Shown here: positions 32,658 through 42,755 of the stretch, piece by piece
Layout of the letters: each line of letters begins with the position of its first letter
Numbering within the stretch: the stretch's first letter is position 1
Origin: Actinomycetota bacterium
GTDB lineage: Bacteria; Actinomycetota; Acidimicrobiia; Spongiisociales; UBA4744
DNA: 64,000 nucleotides
Reading direction: 5' to 3'
Assembly: GCA_013152275.1 (NCBI GenBank)
Contig: JAADGS010000023.1
Span: forward strand, 1 to 64,000
Notes under the pieces: model-generated
Databases searched by the model: none
Seen by the model: only the letters and a program-made list of their open reading frames with translations
What the model was told of the DNA's origin: nothing
Program-made: the position numbers and the translations under genes

Positions 32658-33751
32658 CAGTGTCCTTGGAGGCCTGTCGCCTCATGGAATTCGTCTTCCA
32701 CGGCGCGGATGAATCGTTCGGCCGACTCTCGCGTAACGAGGGCAACGGCAGCGCCGGCGTAGCCGCCTCCTGTGAGGCGAGCGCCAAAACATCCGGGTGT
32801 GGTCTGAGCAGCCTCCACTATCGCGTCGAGCGGTCTGCTGGAGACTCCGAACAAATCGCGCAATGAGGCGTGGCTCTCGTTCATGAGACAACCGAATTCT
32901 CCGAGCGAACCTCGACGTAGTGCTTCTGCGGCGGCGAGTGTGCGTTCGTTCTCCGTTACGACGTGCTTGGCGCACTCGTACAGAGGTTCCTCCAAATCGC
33001 CTCTGTGCTCGGCGAGCTGGTCGATTGTGACGTCTCGTAATGCGGTCACGCCAAGCTTTGCCGCGGCGATTTCACACTGAGATCTCCGTCGGTTGTAACC
33101 GGCCTCGATCAGGTTCCTCCGGGTTCCGGTGTCCATCACGACGATCGCGGCCTGGGGTGGGATCAGGACATGGACACCCTTGAACGAGAGGCAGTCGATG
33201 AGCATTGCATGGCCTTTGTGGGCGCCCGTCACGATGAGTGGGTCCATGATGCCGCTGCGGACTCCAACCCATTCATTCTCAGAGATCTGCTGGAGCTGTG
33301 CGAACGAACCGGGATCCCAGCCGAGGTCCGAGACGTTGGCAAAGACGACTTCGATGGCGATGCCAAGCGCTGCCGAAGATGACAGGCCGGCGGCCATCGC
33401 GATATCGCTCGCGATGACCCCTTCCCAGCCGTGCAGACGATTGCCGGCCCTTTCCATGGCCCATGCGACACCTTTGGCGTATTCCGCCCAACCCTCGCCG
33501 CGTGTCAACTCGTCGAGGTCGAGCCGTGCATCATCGACAAAGGCTTCGGAGCGGAGGATGACCTTTCGGTCGGAACGGGGTCGAAACGCTATCCAAACGG
33601 CCTTCTCGATGGCCACGGGGAGCACGAACCCGTTGTTGTAGTCCGTGTGCTCACCAATCAGGTTGACGCGTCCTGGAGAGCGCACGAGCCCTGTTGGCTT
33701 GGCGTCATACTTGGTGGCAAAGAGCATCGTTGCACGGTCGCGTCCAGGCAC
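32612..33751 (-). CDS. galK: galactokinase
   Basis: PGRVNLIGEHTDYN, GLSSSAA, SHASLRD, GARLTGGG. Confidence 0.93.
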   Translation of the reverse strand: MPGRDRATMLFATKYDAKPTGLVRSPGRVNLIGEHTDYNNGFVLPVAIEKAVWIAFRPRSDRKVILRSEAFVDDARLDLDELTRGEGWAEYAKGVAWAMERAGNRLHGWEGVIASDIAMAAGLSSSAALGIAIEVVFANVSDLGWDPGSFAQLQQISENEWVGVRSGIMDPLIVTGAHKGHAMLIDCLSFKGVHVLIPPQAAIVVMDTGTRRNLIEAGYNRRRSQCEIAAAKLGVTALRDVTIDQLAEHRGDLEEPLYECAKHVVTENERTLAAAEALRRGSLGEFGCLMNESHASLRDLFGVSSRPLDAIVEAAQTTPGCFGARLTGGGYAGAAVALVTRESAERFIRAVEDEFHEATGLQGHCYVVESARGATFEPL

Positions 33752-33849
33752 TGTGTCACCTCCAGCCGATCGGTGCCGTCCCGTAGGTCATGGGAGCTCC
33801 GGCCCAGATCGGTGCATCGTGAGGACACTAGCTGTACTTCGTAATTCCG

Positions 33850-33887
33850 AAAAAGGCACCACCGCCGGGGGAGTCGGCGGTGGGCAC
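33850..33887 (-). terminator. intrinsic terminator after trxA
   Basis: CCACCGCCG/CGGCGGTGG stem followed by TTTTT on the minus strand. Confidence 0.65.
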
Positions 33888-33904
33888 GGCAGATTGGCGT
33901 CTGC

Positions 33905-34279
33905 TCAGGCGTCGGCTTCGGCGGTCTGTTCCTGGATCTTGCGGTGCACGTCTTCCATGTCGATCTCCCCGGCCTGAGTAATCAGGTCCCTGAGCATGGG
34001 CTCGGGAAGGGCTCCCGCCTGAGAGAAGAGGATGACCTTCTCACGAAAGACCATGAGGGTCGGGATCGAGCGGATGCTGAAGTAGCCGGCCAGTTCTCTC
34101 TGTGCCTCGGTGTCGACCTTGCCGAACACGATGTCCGGGTACTGTTCCGACATCTTTTCGAATACGGGTCCAAACATCTTGCAGGGTCCGCACCAGTCGG
34201 CCCAGAAGTCGACGAGAACCATATCGTTGTTCGTGATGGTGTCTTCAAAGTTGTCTTTGGTCAGTGTGACGGTTGCCAT
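33905..34279 (-). CDS. trxA: thioredoxin
   Basis: DFWADWCGPCK, IRSIPTL. Confidence 0.95.
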   Translation of the reverse strand: MATVTLTKDNFEDTITNNDMVLVDFWADWCGPCKMFGPVFEKMSEQYPDIVFGKVDTEAQRELAGYFSIRSIPTLMVFREKVILFSQAGALPEPMLRDLITQAGEIDMEDVHRKIQEQTAEADA

Positions 34280-34305
34280 TATCTCTCCACGGGTACGATG
34301 ACGAG

Positions 34306-34324
34306 TATACCCCTAGGGGGTACA
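34306..34324. promoter_or_regulatory. CsoR/RicR-family-like operator at the thioredoxin promoter
   Basis: TACCCCTAGGGGGTA C/G-tract palindrome just downstream of a minus-strand TAGAAT -10 box (34324-34329). Confidence 0.6.
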
Positions 34325-34869
34325 TTCTAGCCTTCCTCGAATCAACGCCGGAATTGCTCCATTCATTCCCGCCGGCTCGCGAACCACCATGAACCTCACG
34401 GCACGTACCTCGCGGGCTCCGCAAGACCTTCTGTCGGCCTCTCGCTCCGTCGGTGCCACGTGGGGGAGAAGGAAGCCATGCGCGCGATGCACCCGGCCAC
34501 GGACCAAAGCAGCAACGCCACTCGACAGAGCCTGGCAACCCACAGGCGTCTGCCGGGCCCAGATCCGTCGACCATTCCGTCACGTGACGTTTCTAAGCCC
34601 GAAGTCAGGTGCCGTGGGAAGAGGGCGCGAAAGGCCGTGTGCGTTTTGCCACCGGCGAAGGATTCGGTTGGGCGGGCCTCACGTCATGCCGCATCGCGAA
34701 GTTGCAGGAATCCGCTGCGTGCGAAGGTGTCGTACGGGCGCGGACTGCGGAGGGTTCGGCCCATGAGGGAGGTACGGACCCCGTCGGGCGGGAAACCCAC
34801 GTACGGGCTGGATCGCGGCGGGGTCGGCAGTGCTTGGGGTTCGAGCCGAGGACGTGTGGAAAAGCACAA

Positions 34870-34897
34870 GGCGCCCATAATCTCCGTTATGTCAAGT
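34870..34897. other. chromosome dimer resolution (dif) site
   Basis: GGCGCCCATAA-TCTCCG-TTATGTCAAGT, 11-6-11 XerC/XerD architecture; located in a 1.1-kb gene-free gap at the gene-orientation switch. Confidence 0.85.
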
Positions 34898-34949
34898 AAT
34901 GATGGCTTTATGTCAAGTAGTGACGGCTTTATGTCAAGTAGTGACGGTT
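34887..34949. repeat. 3 x 21-bp tandem repeat, each unit starting with the XerD arm
   Basis: TTATGTCAAGTAATGATGGCT / TTATGTCAAGTAGTGACGGCT / TTATGTCAAGTAGTGACGGTT. Confidence 0.95.
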
Positions 34950-35388
34950 TGGTCCTTTCGTCCGAGGACATGGGCCCTGCAGCCGCACGTGCTCTCCCTC
35001 GATCTCGCCCGCGCGCTCTCCCACTGCCGGCATTCGTGCGTGCGGCGGAAGCGCACACCGCCGTGCGATGGTGCCTTCGGGCGACCGTCGGTCTCGGCCG
35101 GGTATGGAGAGCGTCGCGTCGGCCCGTGACGATCCCGCGGTCGCTCTGCAGAGCGAGAAAGGGACGAGCGACCCGTGAGCAGACGGAGACGTGTTCGTCG
35201 GCAGCCGAATCGGTGACCACAAAGGTGCCGAGCATCGAGCACACCGAGCGGCCGACCTGCTTGACGACCCGGGTGGATCGGCCACGGGAGGTCACGCCGG
35301 AGGCCCGGTCTCAGGGTGCTGGTGGAGCCCAAGGCGCGAGCTCCCTTAGAATCCCCTTCCACAAGGCGTCCCATGGAAGGCTCCGCTG

Positions 35389-37203
35389 GTGTTCGACGAT
35401 CCGATAGTGCAGTTGGGTGGCATCATCGTCCTTGCCTTTGCCATCACGTGGCTCGGAGAACGCATCCGCGTGCCCGTGATTCTCCCGCTGCTGCTGACGG
35501 GATTCCTCATCGGTCCCGCCTTCGGACTGATCGATCCGGATGCCCTGATCGGAGACCTGCTCACACCGGCGGTCTCGATAGCGGTCGGCCTCATCCTTTT
35601 CGAAGGAGGCCTCAGCCTCCGCATGAGGGAGATGGCCGGCCAACAACGGGTGCTGTGGCTGCTGGTGACCGTCGGCGTACTCATCACCTGGGCGATCGGA
35701 GCGGCGACCGCCCTCGCCTTCACCGACCTCAAGCCCGGTCTCGCAGTGCTGCTCGGATCGATTCTGGTCGTGTCCGGGCCGACCGTCGTGGGGCCTCTCC
35801 TGACCCACGTTCGGCCGCGGCGCTCGGTCGGTTCGATCCTGAAGTGGGAGAGCATCTTCATCGACCCGATCGGGGCACTGGTCGCCGTGGTGGCGTTCGA
35901 GGTGTTTCTCGTCGGCAGAGTTGCCGCGACGCCAGGCGAAGTGATCAGTCAGGTCGCCCAGTTCGTGTTTGCCGGAGTTGCCGTCGGTGGGCTCATCGCC
36001 CTCGGTGCGATTCCCGCGCTCCGGCGTCACTGGGTACCGGAGCATCTTCTGTCGCTGTTCGGTGTGAGCGTCGCTCTCCTGGCGTTCATCGTGGCGGATT
36101 CCTTGGCTCCCGAGTCCGGCCTGCTGGCCACGACCGTGCTCGGTCTGGTCCTCGCCAACCACAAGACGATCCGTACCGAACAGATGGTCCAGTTCTCCGA
36201 GGTGCTGAGGGTGCTGCTCATCGGGGTGCTGTTCATCATCCTGAGTGCCCGGCTCTCGATCGAACAGCTCCAGGTCGACCTGACGGCGGCCGTCGCGCTC
36301 GTGCTTGCTCTGGTGCTCGTTGCCCGACCCGTTGCGGTGGCGGTCGCAACCTGGCGATCGCGCTTCTCGTGGAAGGAGCGGGTACTTCTCGCCGGGGTGG
36401 CTCCTCGCGGTATCGTGGCTGCTTCGATCGCATCCGTCTTTGCACTGGAACTCCAACGCGAGGGCATTCCCGGCGGTGACGAGCTCACGCCGCTCGTTTT
36501 TGCGGTGATTGTCGCCACGGTCACGATCTACGGCATTGGCATGGGCCCTCTCGCCCGCAAACTCGGATTGGCGGATCGGCACCAAGAGGGTGCGTTGATC
36601 CTGGGTGCCGGACCGGTGGAACGCGCAATTGCCGACGCCTTGGCGGATTCGGGTGTGGAGGTCGTGCTCGCCACAACCAACCGTGACGACCACGTGGACG
36701 CGGCGATGGCAGGCCGGCGGACCTACTACGGCAATATTCTTGCCCGCGATGTGGATCTCGATCTCGATCTGTCAGGTATCGGACGTCTCCTGGCGCTGAC
36801 GCCCAACGACGATGTCAACACCCTCGCGGCGGGCCGTTACGCGGCCACCTTCGGCGGTGCCGAGACCTACCAGTTGGTGCCTCGGCGCCGGGACACGGGG
36901 ATCGACCCGACCTCCGCATCGGACTTGGGCGGTCGCCTGCTCTTCGGACCCGACTGGGATTACAACGCGTTGCTTCATCTCCTCGAGAACGGAGGGGAGA
37001 TCCGGTGCACGAAGCTTGGTGACGGTGCCGCCGGCCCGGGCACGACCCTGCCGAGTGACCGGGCTGTCGCAGTGCTCTTTGTGGTCAAACCCAACGGGAA
37101 GGTACTCGTCGTCGAAAACGGCAATCCTCGGCCGCTACGTGATGCTGCGCCGGGCGACACCGTCATCTCACTCGTGTCGGCCGAGTCCGACGTCGAAGCC
37201 TGA
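35389..37203 (+). CDS. CPA1 (NhaP-type) cation:proton antiporter with C-terminal RCK-like domain
   Basis: Many TM helices, ILFEGGL, SGPTVV, WESIFIDP, APRGIVAA. Confidence 0.9.
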   Translation: MFDDPIVQLGGIIVLAFAITWLGERIRVPVILPLLLTGFLIGPAFGLIDPDALIGDLLTPAVSIAVGLILFEGGLSLRMREMAGQQRVLWLLVTVGVLITWAIGAATALAFTDLKPGLAVLLGSILVVSGPTVVGPLLTHVRPRRSVGSILKWESIFIDPIGALVAVVAFEVFLVGRVAATPGEVISQVAQFVFAGVAVGGLIALGAIPALRRHWVPEHLLSLFGVSVALLAFIVADSLAPESGLLATTVLGLVLANHKTIRTEQMVQFSEVLRVLLIGVLFIILSARLSIEQLQVDLTAAVALVLALVLVARPVAVAVATWRSRFSWKERVLLAGVAPRGIVAASIASVFALELQREGIPGGDELTPLVFAVIVATVTIYGIGMGPLARKLGLADRHQEGALILGAGPVERAIADALADSGVEVVLATTNRDDHVDAAMAGRRTYYGNILARDVDLDLDLSGIGRLLALTPNDDVNTLAAGRYAATFGGAETYQLVPRRRDTGIDPTSASDLGGRLLFGPDWDYNALLHLLENGGEIRCTKLGDGAAGPGTTLPSDRAVAVLFVVKPNGKVLVVENGNPRPLRDAAPGDTVISLVSAESDVEA

Positions 37204-37407
37204 AGGGCCGAACCGTTCCCGGCTCTCGGACCGGCGACGTCGCGCGACAGCAAACCCGAACGGCTCGTTCCGAAGGCGGTGAATGCATCGGGGGACCTGC
37301 ATCACTGCCCCACTCCCCCGCTGGTCGCCCTCAGGCCTGCTCGGAGCCCACGGGCACGCGTCACATGCGGGGACCCCCACGCACAGTGGCCGATCAACGC
37401 ACCGGCG

Positions 37408-38430
37408 TCACTCGACAGACCCCTGGCGGCGGTTCGTGACCGACTCGGGCGGATCCATACCGATGACGGCCCGAGGCCGATAGGGTTTCTCGAGGGCAGC
37501 GATCTCCTCGTCGTCGAGTTCGATCTCCAGAGCTGCGACAGCGTCGTCTATGTGGGAAACCCTGGTGGCACCGATGATGGGTGCAGTGACCGCAGGACGC
37601 GAGAGAAGCCATGCGAGAGCGATTTGTGCAGGAGGCACATTCCGCCTGTCGGCCACCTCCCGTACCGCCTCGACGATTTCGCGATCGGATGAGCTGTTGT
37701 ACCAGAGCTTGTCGAGGCCATCGGTGGCAGCCCTCGAAGTCGCGGGTTCCGTTTCAGGGCGTCGGGTCCTGGCGAGGAACCCTCTTGCCAGCGGAGACCA
37801 CGGGATTACTCCCAGACCTTCTTCCTCGCACAGCGGCAGCATCTCCCTCTCTTCCTCCCGATACATGAGGTTGTAGTGGTCCTGCATAGAGATGAACCTG
37901 GCCCAACCTCGGCGCTCGGACAGCGTCAGGGCACGCATCAGCCGATATGCAGGCATCGAACTTGCGCCGATGTAGCGCACCTTGCCCTGATGAACGAGAT
38001 GATCGAGAGCGGCCAGAGTCTCCTCGAGAGGAGTGTGGGGATCGAACCTGTGGATCTGGTACAGGTCGATCGTATCCACGCCCAGGCGCCGGAGGCTTGC
38101 CTCACAGGCCTGCACGATGTGCTTACGGGACAGTCCCCCCATGTTCGGCCTGTCCGACATCGGGAAGAACACCTTCGTGGCAATGACGACCTCATCGAGC
38201 AGAGCGAACTCACGGACCCACCGGCCCGTCACTTCCTCGCCGACTCCGAGCGAGTACATGTCGGCGGTGTCGAAGAAGTTGATACCCAGTTCGACGGCAC
38301 GTTGAAAGAACGGCTTGGAAGCCTCTGCATCGAGCACCCACGGACGCCATGACGGGGTCCCATAACTCATGCAACCCAGAGCGATGCGGGAGACTTCAAG
38401 ACCGGATGAGCCGAGTTTCGTGTACTGCAT
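37408..38430 (-). CDS. aldo/keto reductase
   Basis: LGCMSYG, FFDTADMY, IDLYQIHR, PWSPLARG. Confidence 0.95.
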   Translation of the reverse strand: MQYTKLGSSGLEVSRIALGCMSYGTPSWRPWVLDAEASKPFFQRAVELGINFFDTADMYSLGVGEEVTGRWVREFALLDEVVIATKVFFPMSDRPNMGGLSRKHIVQACEASLRRLGVDTIDLYQIHRFDPHTPLEETLAALDHLVHQGKVRYIGASSMPAYRLMRALTLSERRGWARFISMQDHYNLMYREEEREMLPLCEEEGLGVIPWSPLARGFLARTRRPETEPATSRAATDGLDKLWYNSSSDREIVEAVREVADRRNVPPAQIALAWLLSRPAVTAPIIGATRVSHIDDAVAALEIELDDEEIAALEKPYRPRAVIGMDPPESVTNRRQGSVE

Positions 38431-38613
38431 GCCGTCGAGCGTACACGCTGTGGGAAACCTGCGTTGCGAGTGTCCGACCTCGTGGCGTCGCGTGTTTCCG
38501 TGGTGAGGGAGGGGTGCCCGGACGATGGATGCTCCCCCATCGAGCAGACAGGAATGGGAGGGGTGGCCGGGCAATCGATGAGGTTCACCGGGCGCGGCAC
38601 TAGCCTTCCTGCG

Positions 38614-39987
38614 ATGGACATCCAGTTCCTCGGCGCGACAGGCACCGTCACCGGTTCCAAGTATCTCGTCACGACGGAAAGTAGGCGGGTCCTCGTCGAC
38701 TGTGGTCTCTTCCAGGGCTACAAGAATCTGCGGGAACGTAACTGGGCTCCCCTGCCCCTGGATCCGGCATCGCTCGACGCGGTCGTGCTCACGCACGCTC
38801 ACCTCGATCACAGCGGGTACCTCCCCCTTCTGATCAAACACGGGTTCTCCGGGCCCGTATTCGCCACACCGGCGACCATCGATCTCGCTGCGATCCTCCT
38901 TCCGGACAGCGGGCACATCCAAGAGGAAGATGCCGAGTACGCCAACAAGAAGAAGTTCTCGAAACACGAACCCGCACTTCCCCTCTACACCGAAGCCGAC
39001 GCGCTCGCAGCACTCGGCAGCTTCCAGCCGGTCGACTTCGACACACCGCACCGTGTTGACGGGGACCTTTCGTTCAGCTTCCTTCCGGACGGCCACATCC
39101 TTGGAGCATCGATCGTCCGGATCGAGTCTGGTGAGACGACCTTGACGTTCAGCGGAGATCTCGGCAGGCCGAACGATCCGGTCATGTCCGCCCCACGAAC
39201 GGGACTGGACACCGACTTCCTGGTCTGCGAATCAACGTATGGCAACCGGATCCACGAGCACGAGGATGCAGCATCGCGCCTCGAGACGATCATCAACGGC
39301 ACGGCCGCACGCAAAGGCGTCGTCCTCATTCCCTCGTTCGCGGTCGGACGTGCACAGGCCGTGCTCTATGCCATCTACACCCTGATGGAAGCGGACAGGA
39401 TCCCGAGGATACCCGTGTATCTCAACAGTCCCATGGCCGTCAAGACCACCGATCTCTATCTCAAGTACCCGCAGGACCACCGCCTCACCGTCGACCAACT
39501 CCAAGGCTTGGAACGTGATGTACACCTGGTCCGGTCCGTGGACGAGTCGAAGGAGCTGAACCACCTGGAGGGTCCAGGCGTGATCGTCTCCGCCTCGGGC
39601 ATGCTCACCGGCGGGCGGGTCCTTCACCACCTCAGATTCATCGCTCCCGACGAGCGAAACACACTCGTGTTCGTCGGGTATCAAGCCGGCGGAACCCGTG
39701 GACGCAGGATTCTCGATGGCGAGAAGAAGGTGAAGATTCACGGTGAATGGATCCCCGTCCGCTGTCATATCGAACGCATCGGCGGCCTGTCGGCTCACGC
39801 CGATGCAGACGAGATCATGCAGTGGCTTCAGAGCTTCGAACGTCCGCCGAAGCGGACCTTCATCACCCACGGTGAGCCCGACGCTGCAGAGGCGCTGCGA
39901 GTGCGCATCCGATCTGAGCTCGGGTGGGACGTTCGGGTGCCGCTTCTCGACGAACAGGACGAGCTGGTCGAGTTCCCGGAATCGTGA
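38614..39987 (+). CDS. MBL-fold/beta-CASP RNA-processing-type hydrolase
   Basis: GATGTVTGS, THAHLDHSG, ESTYG, FAVGRAQ, SASGM, SAHAD, HGE. Confidence 0.93.
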   Translation: MDIQFLGATGTVTGSKYLVTTESRRVLVDCGLFQGYKNLRERNWAPLPLDPASLDAVVLTHAHLDHSGYLPLLIKHGFSGPVFATPATIDLAAILLPDSGHIQEEDAEYANKKKFSKHEPALPLYTEADALAALGSFQPVDFDTPHRVDGDLSFSFLPDGHILGASIVRIESGETTLTFSGDLGRPNDPVMSAPRTGLDTDFLVCESTYGNRIHEHEDAASRLETIINGTAARKGVVLIPSFAVGRAQAVLYAIYTLMEADRIPRIPVYLNSPMAVKTTDLYLKYPQDHRLTVDQLQGLERDVHLVRSVDESKELNHLEGPGVIVSASGMLTGGRVLHHLRFIAPDERNTLVFVGYQAGGTRGRRILDGEKKVKIHGEWIPVRCHIERIGGLSAHADADEIMQWLQSFERPPKRTFITHGEPDAAEALRVRIRSELGWDVRVPLLDEQDELVEFPES

Positions 39988-39990
39988 CGT

Positions 39991-41499
39991 TCAGCCGAAC
40001 CGGGACAGCACGATTCCGGCTGCGGTTCTCCCCGATCCGATCGCGGTGCTCATCCCTCCCCCACCGACCCAGGCTCCGGCCAGGAAGACGTTGGGGATCG
40101 GCATCTTGGGGGAAACTTTCCTCAGTAGGTTGTCAACCGTCTGCTCACGGCCATAGATGGAGCCGTGCGTTGCCAACCCATAGCGATGGTTGGTCAGCGG
40201 CGTCGCCACCTCCATCACCTCGACGGAGTCGCGCAGGCCGGGGATGAGGCGTTCGGCACGCGTGAGCAGAAGCTCACCGGCTGCACCCTTCAACGCCCGG
40301 TATCGAGGATTCCGCCGGTATCCGTCCAAGTCTCCGCCGGTACCCCAGGTGTCCGCATACTCCCACGGTGCCAACGTCAGAATTGCCAGGACACTCTTGC
40401 CGGCCGGTGCACAGCCGGGATCGATGTGCGTGTAGTCCGCGATCACCATGGATGCCTTTGAGAAATCTCCGGAGATCGCGGCCTTGTAGTCGGCGTCGGT
40501 ATCGAAGGTATCTGCAACGAAGACCTCATGGGCCTTCCACCCCTCGGCACCGATGTCTCGATCGAGTCCAAGGTACAAGACAAGCGTGGACAAAGAGGGC
40601 ACATCGGCGCGCCGACGTTGCACATACTCGTCTGGAAGCGCATCCGTGCCGAGGAAACGCATCGTGTCGACGGGACTGGCGTTCGAGATGACGATATCCG
40701 CATCCACGGTAAGCCCGCGCTCGGTGGTTACGGCGACGGCGGTACCGTCTCGCACCGTGATTCCGTTCACCGTCTGGCGGTAGAGGACCTTCCCCGCGTG
40801 CCGGGTGACGACATCTTCGAAGGCTCGGCTCAGTGCTTGGCTTCCCCCGGCCGGGTAGTAGCCACCACCGACGTGGTAGCTGATCCACGCCAGGGCAAAC
40901 AGTCCGGCACTCACCCGGCTCGGTGGCAAACCGAGATAGCCCCACAGGGTGGACAGGATCGTCGCGAGCCTCGCGTCACCGATGTGGCCTCCGACGAGTT
41001 CAGACCACGTTTGGGAGAACGCGGTTGTCATGGCCGGATAGCGCTCGAGCATCTCGAAGGGAGCCGGCCGCTCCCCATGCCGACGGTCGAGCGTGTAGCG
41101 GCCGACGTCGTGGGAGACCTGCCTGAGCGCCTCGACCAGACTTCGGATTCCCTCACGCTCGAGAGGGAACAGAGACTCGAGCTGCGCCCGATACTCGGCC
41201 AGATCGGCCGGCACGACGATGTCGACATCTGGGTACCGCGCCCGGTAGAGAGGATCGAGTCTCGTCATCGCAAGATCGATTCCGAGTTCCTCCAGGATCG
41301 GGTGCAGCCATCCTCCGGGACCGGCGCCGTCCAGCGCATGCAGAGCCACATCGAAGCGGAAGTCGCCTCGCTTGAATTCGTGGGCATAGCCGCCGGGCAC
41401 CGAGTGGTGTTCGAGCACGGTCACATCGAGGCCTGCTCGTGCCAGGTGCGCTGCGGCACTCAGTCCCCCGAGCCCTGCTCCGATCACGACAGCCTTCAC
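39991..41499 (-). CDS. phytoene desaturase-family FAD-dependent oxidoreductase
   Basis: VVIGAGLGGL Rossmann motif, ATPLT...GSIYG, C-terminal GGG..TAIGSG. Confidence 0.85.
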   Translation of the reverse strand: MKAVVIGAGLGGLSAAAHLARAGLDVTVLEHHSVPGGYAHEFKRGDFRFDVALHALDGAGPGGWLHPILEELGIDLAMTRLDPLYRARYPDVDIVVPADLAEYRAQLESLFPLEREGIRSLVEALRQVSHDVGRYTLDRRHGERPAPFEMLERYPAMTTAFSQTWSELVGGHIGDARLATILSTLWGYLGLPPSRVSAGLFALAWISYHVGGGYYPAGGSQALSRAFEDVVTRHAGKVLYRQTVNGITVRDGTAVAVTTERGLTVDADIVISNASPVDTMRFLGTDALPDEYVQRRRADVPSLSTLVLYLGLDRDIGAEGWKAHEVFVADTFDTDADYKAAISGDFSKASMVIADYTHIDPGCAPAGKSVLAILTLAPWEYADTWGTGGDLDGYRRNPRYRALKGAAGELLLTRAERLIPGLRDSVEVMEVATPLTNHRYGLATHGSIYGREQTVDNLLRKVSPKMPIPNVFLAGAWVGGGGMSTAIGSGRTAAGIVLSRFG

Positions 41500-41560
41500 G
41501 CACAGCAGCCTAACCGGCCGTGTCGCGCCGGACCCACCATCCGGGCCCTCGACGTGATCT

Positions 41561-42322
41561 TCAACCGATCGCGAACGCTCCATAGCCCACGACACGATCC
41601 TTGTCGCCGGCAGTGTCTCCTGAGTTCCGAAGGTCGAGGAGGCGGACGGGCAGGTGGTGGCGTTTGGCGAACAGCAGCACGCCTTGAATCCCGCGAAGCC
41701 CGCAAGCGGAGTCTCGAGCGAGTGCGCTCGCCTGCCTGTTCACGATCCGAGACGCCGTTGCCGAATCCACACGTCGGGCATCTTCGTAACGAAGATAGTG
41801 GGATAGATCGGAGCTGATGACGATCAACGTCTCCGGTCCTCCCTGGAGCGCTTCGAGCGCGGCGGCGACCAGGGCCGGATCGGCGTCGCCAACGACCAGC
41901 GGGATCAGGTCGAACTCGTCGAGCACGACCTGGAGGAACGGAAGTTGAACCTCGATCGAATGCTCTCTGGCGTGTGCGGCAGGAACGACGGGGAACTGCA
42001 TGGGCAGAGGATCGACCAGTGGGATGTCTCCGAGCGGAGTTCGGAAACTCTCCACACCGGGGAGGGCCAGGCCTTCGAACCAGATGAAGTGGGACGGTCC
42101 GATCACTACGACCCTGTGGATGAGATCCCGGTCGAGCGCAGCGTACGCTGTGGCGGCAACGGGGCCCGAGTAGACATACCCGGCATGAGGGGTGATGATG
42201 GCCTTCGGGTGATCGATCATGTCGGCCTCGGCCGTGGCGAGGAATCCTTCGATCATGCTGCGAAGGCGGTTGGGGTCTCGCGGATAGAACGTACCGGCAA
42301 CGGCGGGTGGACGCACCCTCAT
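41561..42322 (-). CDS. MEMO1-family / AmmeMemoRadiSam system protein B
   Basis: RPPAVAGTFYP, PHAGYVYSG, EHSIEVQLPFL, SSDLSHY, SGDTAG..VVGY. Confidence 0.93.
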   Translation of the reverse strand: MRVRPPAVAGTFYPRDPNRLRSMIEGFLATAEADMIDHPKAIITPHAGYVYSGPVAATAYAALDRDLIHRVVVIGPSHFIWFEGLALPGVESFRTPLGDIPLVDPLPMQFPVVPAAHAREHSIEVQLPFLQVVLDEFDLIPLVVGDADPALVAAALEALQGGPETLIVISSDLSHYLRYEDARRVDSATASRIVNRQASALARDSACGLRGIQGVLLFAKRHHLPVRLLDLRNSGDTAGDKDRVVGYGAFAIG

Positions 42323-42755
42323 GAGTCAAGCCTACCGCGCCGGATCGACTTCTGACGCCTGTGTGGGGACCCCAGGAGTCGGATTCGGAGAGGGGCGCCG
42401 TCCGGCGTGTGTCCCTCTGGGAGCACCCTGACTTCGCTCCAGGTGGTTCTCGTGTTCTCACGTTCTCGATACCGGGCACAGGAGCGATCGTGGACTCTTC
42501 GACAACGCTCCACGGCATCGGTCGGACACGAGGAACAGAGGTCGGCTCGAGTCCGGCAGCCGATTCGCTTTCCATGCGTGTCTCCTGCCGGAGGCTGCCC
42601 ACATGGCCTTCGACCGTTGCGCCCCGTGGTCCTCGGTCGGCCAGAACTTTCGAGACCATCTGCGGCCGGTCCGCTCGGCCGGGAGACCACGCGGACGGCT
42701 CGTTCTCGGTCCTGTGAGGCTCCTGCAACGTCTCGTGGTGGGCGTCGCAAGCCGA

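Noticed and set aside
34887..34949. CRISPR array
   Set aside because: Units are contiguous 21-mers with near-identical linkers, no unique spacers and no cas genes.
34330..35380. Prophage/IMEX or genes around dif
   Set aside because: No integrase, Rep or relaxase motifs; the ORFs are Arg/Ser/Pro-rich and look non-coding.
41561..42322. Complete AmmeMemoRadiSam system
   Set aside because: Only the MEMO-like gene is present; the partners are not in this window.
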